Shown here: positions 63,921 through 64,000 of the stretch, piece after piece
Layout: the number at the start of each line of letters is the position of its first letter
How positions within the stretch are numbered: the stretch's first letter is position 1
DNA from: Octopus vulgaris
Taxonomy: Eukaryota
Reading direction: 5' to 3'
Assembly (NCBI GenBank): GCA_951406725.2
Contig: OX597832.1
Location: 35,030,001 to 35,094,000 of the forward strand
Length of the DNA: 64,000 nt
Translations under genes and position numbers: made by a program
Notes under the pieces: model-generated
The model's input: only the letters and a program-made list of their open reading frames with translations
Told to the model about the DNA's origin: nothing
The model's database searches: none

Positions 63921-64000
63921 GGTCCACGGGCTGAAGCCATGATGCGTGCTGCTCAAGAGAGGGGCAAATGGGTTTTCTTTCAAAACTGCCATTTGGCTCC
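63921..64000 (+). CDS. DNAH1: Dynein heavy chain exon, truncated by window end (GPRAEAMMR...WVFFQNCHLA)
   Basis: tcaaag|GGT; continues GQGQ-GP motif. Confidence 0.92.

Larger units (their letters stand above)
2969..64000 (+). other. DNAH1: Axonemal dynein heavy chain gene, DNAH1-like (partial; 22 exons in window, open at both ends)
   Basis: All 22 exons are bounded by AG/GT and phases match at every junction. The spliced product has dynein motifs LLRLWYHE, GMGGSGRQSLTRLA, FRARLRQFPALVNCCTIDWF, NYVTPTSYLEL, RWPLFIDPQGQANKWIK, TTKLPNPHYTPE, GLEDQLLG, SLGQGQGPRAE, WVFFQNCHLAP. VDDYWEPGK..LLQDPGKFLESL and SSSEGNPVDD match DNAH1 as I recall it. Confidence 0.9.

Overview
Eukaryotic (animal) genomic DNA. 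The repeat families resemble those I recall from Octopus/coleoid cephalopods; this is inference, not verified. The whole window lies inside one + strand gene, an axonemal dynein heavy chain most similar to DNAH1. I can place 22 GT-AG exons that splice in phase, covering AAA4 with its GMGGSGRQS P-loop, the stalk/MTBD, AAA5 and the start of AAA6; the gene is open at both ends. The introns are packed with transposons: several RTE-clade LINE families, CR1 3' ends, Penelope and RLE-LINE remnants, tRNA-derived SINEs, Helitrons, a mariner, piggyBac-type MITEs and foldback elements. Most notable: (1) the dominant RTE family has a C4HC3 PHD finger embedded inside its reverse transcriptase; (2) its 3' UTR is a modular array of about 60-67 nt hairpin units, which in one copy has expanded to about 84 x 67 bp (5.65 kb) whose main variants are CpG-decay transitions; (3) several minimal type I hammerhead-ribozyme motifs, most in inverted-repeat elements; (4) an RTE C-terminus with three tandem C2H2-type fingers; (5) long intronic hairpins that could be dsRNA/ADAR substrates. 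The giant ORFs at 17-23 kb and 58-59 kb are repeat artefacts.
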